In this document: in pieces, positions 59,422 through 64,000 of the stretch
Position numbering within the stretch: the first letter of the stretch is position 1
Layout: every line of letters begins with the position of its first letter
From: Eledone cirrhosa
Lineage: Eukaryota
NCBI GenBank assembly: GCA_964016885.1
Contig: CAXHJY010001444.1
Location: forward strand, 124,001 to 188,000
Direction: 5' to 3'
DNA: 64,000 nt
Program-made: the position numbers and the translations under genes
The notes under the pieces: model-generated
Seen by the model: only the letters and a program-made list of their open reading frames with translations
Told to the model about the DNA's origin: nothing
Databases searched by the model: none

Positions 59422-62400
59422 ATGTGAGTGTGCGCAAATACATATACATATATATACACACACACATACAAACACACAACAAAACTTATACATATGCATA
59501 CGCACACACACACACACATATATATCACATAGATACGAAGATAAACATATAAATAGAGAGACATATAAATATATACAGAACCCATATACACATACATACA
59601 AACACGCATATACATATATATACATATATACACACAATCTAATCACCCTAAATCTATCCTTAAAAACCTTGCATATAATATATCACTTAGAATTTCTAAC
59701 CTTTCTTCTAACCAAGATGTATTTGATAAAAATGCGACCTTTTATAATGAAGCTCTAGATAGAAGTGGCCACAAAAATAGATTAGAGTATATACCTTCTA
59801 CTAAAAATACTGAAAGCATACAGCATAATATTACCAACAAACACCAAATGAAAAGTACACACCTAAATGCCACCCACAGTATACCCCAAAACACTAAATC
59901 TTTTAATATAAAGTATAGTAACCCTCAAAAAACTACTCATCATAAGACTATAATAAATATTAATAATAAAACTCCTAATAAAAAAGATAAAACACCTAAA
60001 TCTACAAATATAACTAAAAATAGTTGTGGTGAGATCATTAACATTATTCCTCCTAGTAAAAATCATGATACAACATATAAAAATAATAAAAATAATAAAC
60101 AACATAGAAACCGTAATAGACGAGTTACTTGGTATAATGCTCCTTTTAATTTACAAGTTAAGGATAATATTGCTAAAAAATTTTTTTATATCCTTGAGAA
60201 AAACTTCCCGCCAAACCACAAATACCATCAAATCTTAAATAGGTCTACAGTTAAATTCTCATATTCTACAACAAATAACATAAAACAAAATATAAGTGCA
60301 TATAATGCATATAAATGTAAGAAAACTATAAGTATACCACCAGTACATCAAATTAACAATAATATCTCCTCAAATACAGAATTAACGAAAGGATGTAACT
60401 GTAGAAACAAAACAAACTGCCCATTAAAAGGGAATTGTCTTGTTAACAACATAGTCTATAAATGTAATGTTAAAACTAAAGATTCTATTTGCTCATATAT
60501 AGGAGCTACTTCTAACAATTTTAAGACAAGATATAATACCCACAAACATAGCTTTAAAAATGCCGCACTGGCTAATACAACATCTCTAGCAGAAAAAATC
60601 AATAGTTATAAAAATAAAAATATAAAATATGATTTGACCTGGAGTGTGCTCAAAAGAGCCACCCCTTATCAAAATAATAGAAAGGAATGTAGATTATGTT
60701 CCCAAGAACTATTTGAAATAATGAAGTCTAGGGATATCTTATTAAATAAAAGACAGGAATTAATTATATCGTGTAATCATAAACTAAAAAAAACATTTAA
60801 ATATTATAAACCTAATTAATAACATTATTCTAGAATTTAATTTAATTTAAATGTTAGTTAACCTATAAATTTAATTTAATTAATATTTTATTACAGATGA
60901 GAAAATTTTATGTAATCATTAATTTTGAAAAACCTTTAAATATTACTAATATATATTCAGTAATTTAATTTATAGATTAATTTTAACTTATTTTAACCTT
61001 TTATTATAATTTTTTAATTTAGTTTAACCTTTTATTATAATTTTTTTTTATTATAATTCTTTTACAGATAAAATATAACAAAATAATATCATGTATCCTA
61101 TGACGGAGAAAGAATTTTTAGTATTATTGACCTAATTAATATACATTTTGGAAATATATTTATTATTTGGTTTTAGCTTTAATCAACCTAAAACTTTAAT
61201 TTTAACTTTAATTTGCTTAAAATTAGTATCATTGTACAGACAAATTGCAGAATGTCATGTAATCATAGAATGGGAGGTGTTTTTGGATATATACCTAGTT
61301 AATATATTCTGTGCAAATTTTTTGAAAAAGATATGTATATCTATATGTATATGTATATGTGTGTGTTGTATGTGTATCTGTATGTATATTTATGTGACTA
61401 TATATGTATGTATGTGTATATATATGTATATATATATATATGTATATGTGTATGTATATGTATATGTATGTGTATGTGTATGTATATGTATATGTATGCG
61501 TATTAATTTTGATTTTTATTTGCATATAATTATATTATGCTATTGATGAAATATAATATCTGCTTTATGTATTGTATACCTAATTAACATATACTAATTA
61601 ACATATACTATTGAAATAAATATATAATTTTTAACTTAGTTAACATATAATTTATATGCTACTACCGATGTAATACTTTATTTTATTTTTATTTGGGTTT
61701 CTTTTCCCTATTCATCTCCTAATATTGATACCATAACGTTATTAACTTTAATTTAGTTATAATGTAATTAATAATCTACTACTGTTTGACTTCATAATTC
61801 TGCCTCAAATATTATAAACCTAACTAATTTACACCTTGGAAATCAATATGTTGACTATCTTTGGTTTAGTTGACATATGATTAATAATATACTTTTTTAT
61901 TTTGTGATGCATAGATTTCGTATTTCCTAGCACTGAAAATATGTAAGAACATACATTGAATTAAGATATGGAAAATATTATATGTTTCTTGAAACATATA
62001 TTTACTTTGATCCCCTTCTCCAAACCCCCCCTTTCCCCCATACTATTATCATCTGTTTTTGTAAGTGTATATGTATGAATATATGTGTAGATGAGTGTCT
62101 ATATAATTTTTTTGGTATTTATTTCTAAATATAAAAATACATATATGAGCATGTAAATATGAATGTAAGATTGAGCGTGTATATATGATTGTACATACAT
62201 ATATATGTATATATATGTATATATATGTATTATATATGTACATTGTGTGTGAATGTGTGATATGTATATGTGTATGTATATGTATATATGTGTGTGTACG
62301 TGTATGCTTTATATAGGAATATATATGTGTGTATATATGTATATATATGTATATGCGTGTTTGTATGTATGTGTATATGGGTTCTGTATATATTTATATG

Positions 62401-62540
62401 TCTCTCTATTTATATGTTTATCTTCGTATCTATGTGATATATATGTGTGTGTGTGTGTGCGTATGCATATGTATAAGTTTTGTTGTGTGTTTGTATGTGT
62501 GTGTGTATATATATGTATATGTATTTGCGCACACTCACAT

Positions 62541-62578
<38 letters not shown>

Positions 62579-62610
62579 GTGAGTGTGTATGTGTGTCTGT
62601 ATGTGTGTGC

Positions 62611-62656
<46 letters not shown>

Positions 62657-62682
62657 ATGTATGTGTATGTGTGTGTATATAG

Positions 62683-62716
<34 letters not shown>

Positions 62717-62859
62717 GTGTATATAGGTGTCTATGTGTGAATATATGTCTTTATTCGTATGTATGTATTTATATATGTTTATATTTAGGTGTATGTATGT
62801 ATGTGTATGTATGTATGTATGTGTATGTGTGTGTATGTATATGTGTATATGTGTGTATA

Positions 62860-62904
<45 letters not shown>

Positions 62905-63122
62905 CTTTATTATTATTGTAATATAACTTATGTGTATATGTGTATAAGTGAGGTCGTGTATGTATATATACTGTGTGTATATATAAGAGTAATGAAATAT
63001 ATATATATATATATATATATATGTGCATGTCTGTATTTTATGTGTGTGTGTGGATTTATATATGTGTATGTGTGTATATATGTATGTATATATGCATATG
63101 TGTGTACGTGTGTGTATGTTGA

Positions 63123-63174
<52 letters not shown>

Positions 63175-63287
63175 TGGATGTTTGTATGTGTTTTTATGGT
63201 GGTATGAGTGTGGGATATATATGTTTGTGTATAAATGTATGTATGTGTATGTATATATATATATGAGTCTACGTGTGTGTGTGTATA

Positions 63288-63338
<51 letters not shown>

Positions 63339-64000
63339 ATGTATGTATGTGTTGCGCGCGTGTGTGTCCGTATTTATATCTTTTTATATGTGTATGAGTA
63401 TGTTCGTGTAAATGTATGTGTGTGTATGACAGTATAGGTATGTGTGTATGTATGTATGTATAGATATCTCGATGTGCGCGTACATGTATGTATATGTATG
63501 TATATCTGTATGCGTATGTACATTATATTATATGTATTTATATTTTATTGTTTTTATTTTTTTATTTTTCATAATTTATAGATACATTTATATTAAGGTT
63601 GTCTGGTCTGACAGTCTAATACTGACCCCTCCCCCCCCCTCCCACCTAATTTCTGTATCTTGATCTTGAAATGTGTGTACCAGTGTGTTTATGTGAGTGA
63701 CTTAATTTCTATTTGCTTATGATTTTATATCCACATATATAAATGTGAGTGGGGGAGTGTGTGTGTTTGTGTGCTCGTGGTTACGTGTATATTTATATAT
63801 ATACGCACATGTATGTGTGATTATACTGATATGTGTGAGTATGAAAAAAATATATTTATATGCTTGACTCTATAAGTATCATTGCGTATCTTATCAGCGC
63901 ATTAAGCTTACAGAGATATTAACCTTGAAATTTTTTATTTGCATCCATCTTTTTAGTATGCACATACAGATTATACACACATTATTGTAAAATGTGTGTA
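57964..64000. repeat. Near-perfect long inverted repeat: 57964-59636 vs 62326-64000 (probably extends to 57645 and beyond the window end)
   Basis: Identical peptides on opposite strands in the ORF track (e.g. 58301-58522 - and 63442-63663 +); coordinate sums 121964/121962, i.e. one 2-bp TA indel seen. Confidence 0.97.
59638..60819 (+). mobile_element. Young PLE, 5'-truncated but uninterrupted ORF (RT thumb, linker, GIY-YIG endonuclease; Naiad-like)
   Basis: Open from [34 protein letters not shown] (in frame with ORF 59848-60819) through VTWYNAPF, GCNCRNKTNCPLKGNCL, IVYKC..YIGAT..FKTRYNTHK, CRLCSQE, LLNKRQEL..CNH. Confidence 0.95.

Noticed and set aside
61540-62010. TTGATGA (61543) and CTGAAAA...GAAAC (61932-61995) as hammerheads
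   Set aside because: Positions 3/8 are not Watson-Crick paired and no convincing stem I was found.

Overview
AT-rich eukaryotic non-coding DNA, most likely from an octopus or other coleoid cephalopod (inferred from the SINE families and microsatellite density). No host protein-coding exon could be supported, and most ORF-track entries are microsatellite artefacts. The window is a patchwork of retroelements: RTE LINEs (1-717; near full-length decayed copy ~32141-36153), R4/Dong-type, CR1-like and probable Tx1-like fragments, many tRNA-derived SINEs, and a few hAT/mariner MITEs. It also holds four Penelope-like element (PLE) ORF remnants with GIY-YIG endonuclease. The main hidden signal is about 15 type I hammerhead ribozyme (HHR) motifs, read by eye, from many unrelated PLE terminal-repeat families. 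They include long/branched stem II forms and core variants (U3-A8, U4A, U4C). Many of these PLE ends abut (TA)n arrays and carry inverted copies of their own 3' ends with reproducible breakpoints, some centred on the ribozyme stem II. The youngest is a PLE at ~57645-64000+ with a near-perfect >=1.67 kb inverted repeat and a microsatellite-laden 3' UTR, next to a 4.6 kb degenerate (TA)n array. All base-pairings were derived by eye; no folding or database search was run.
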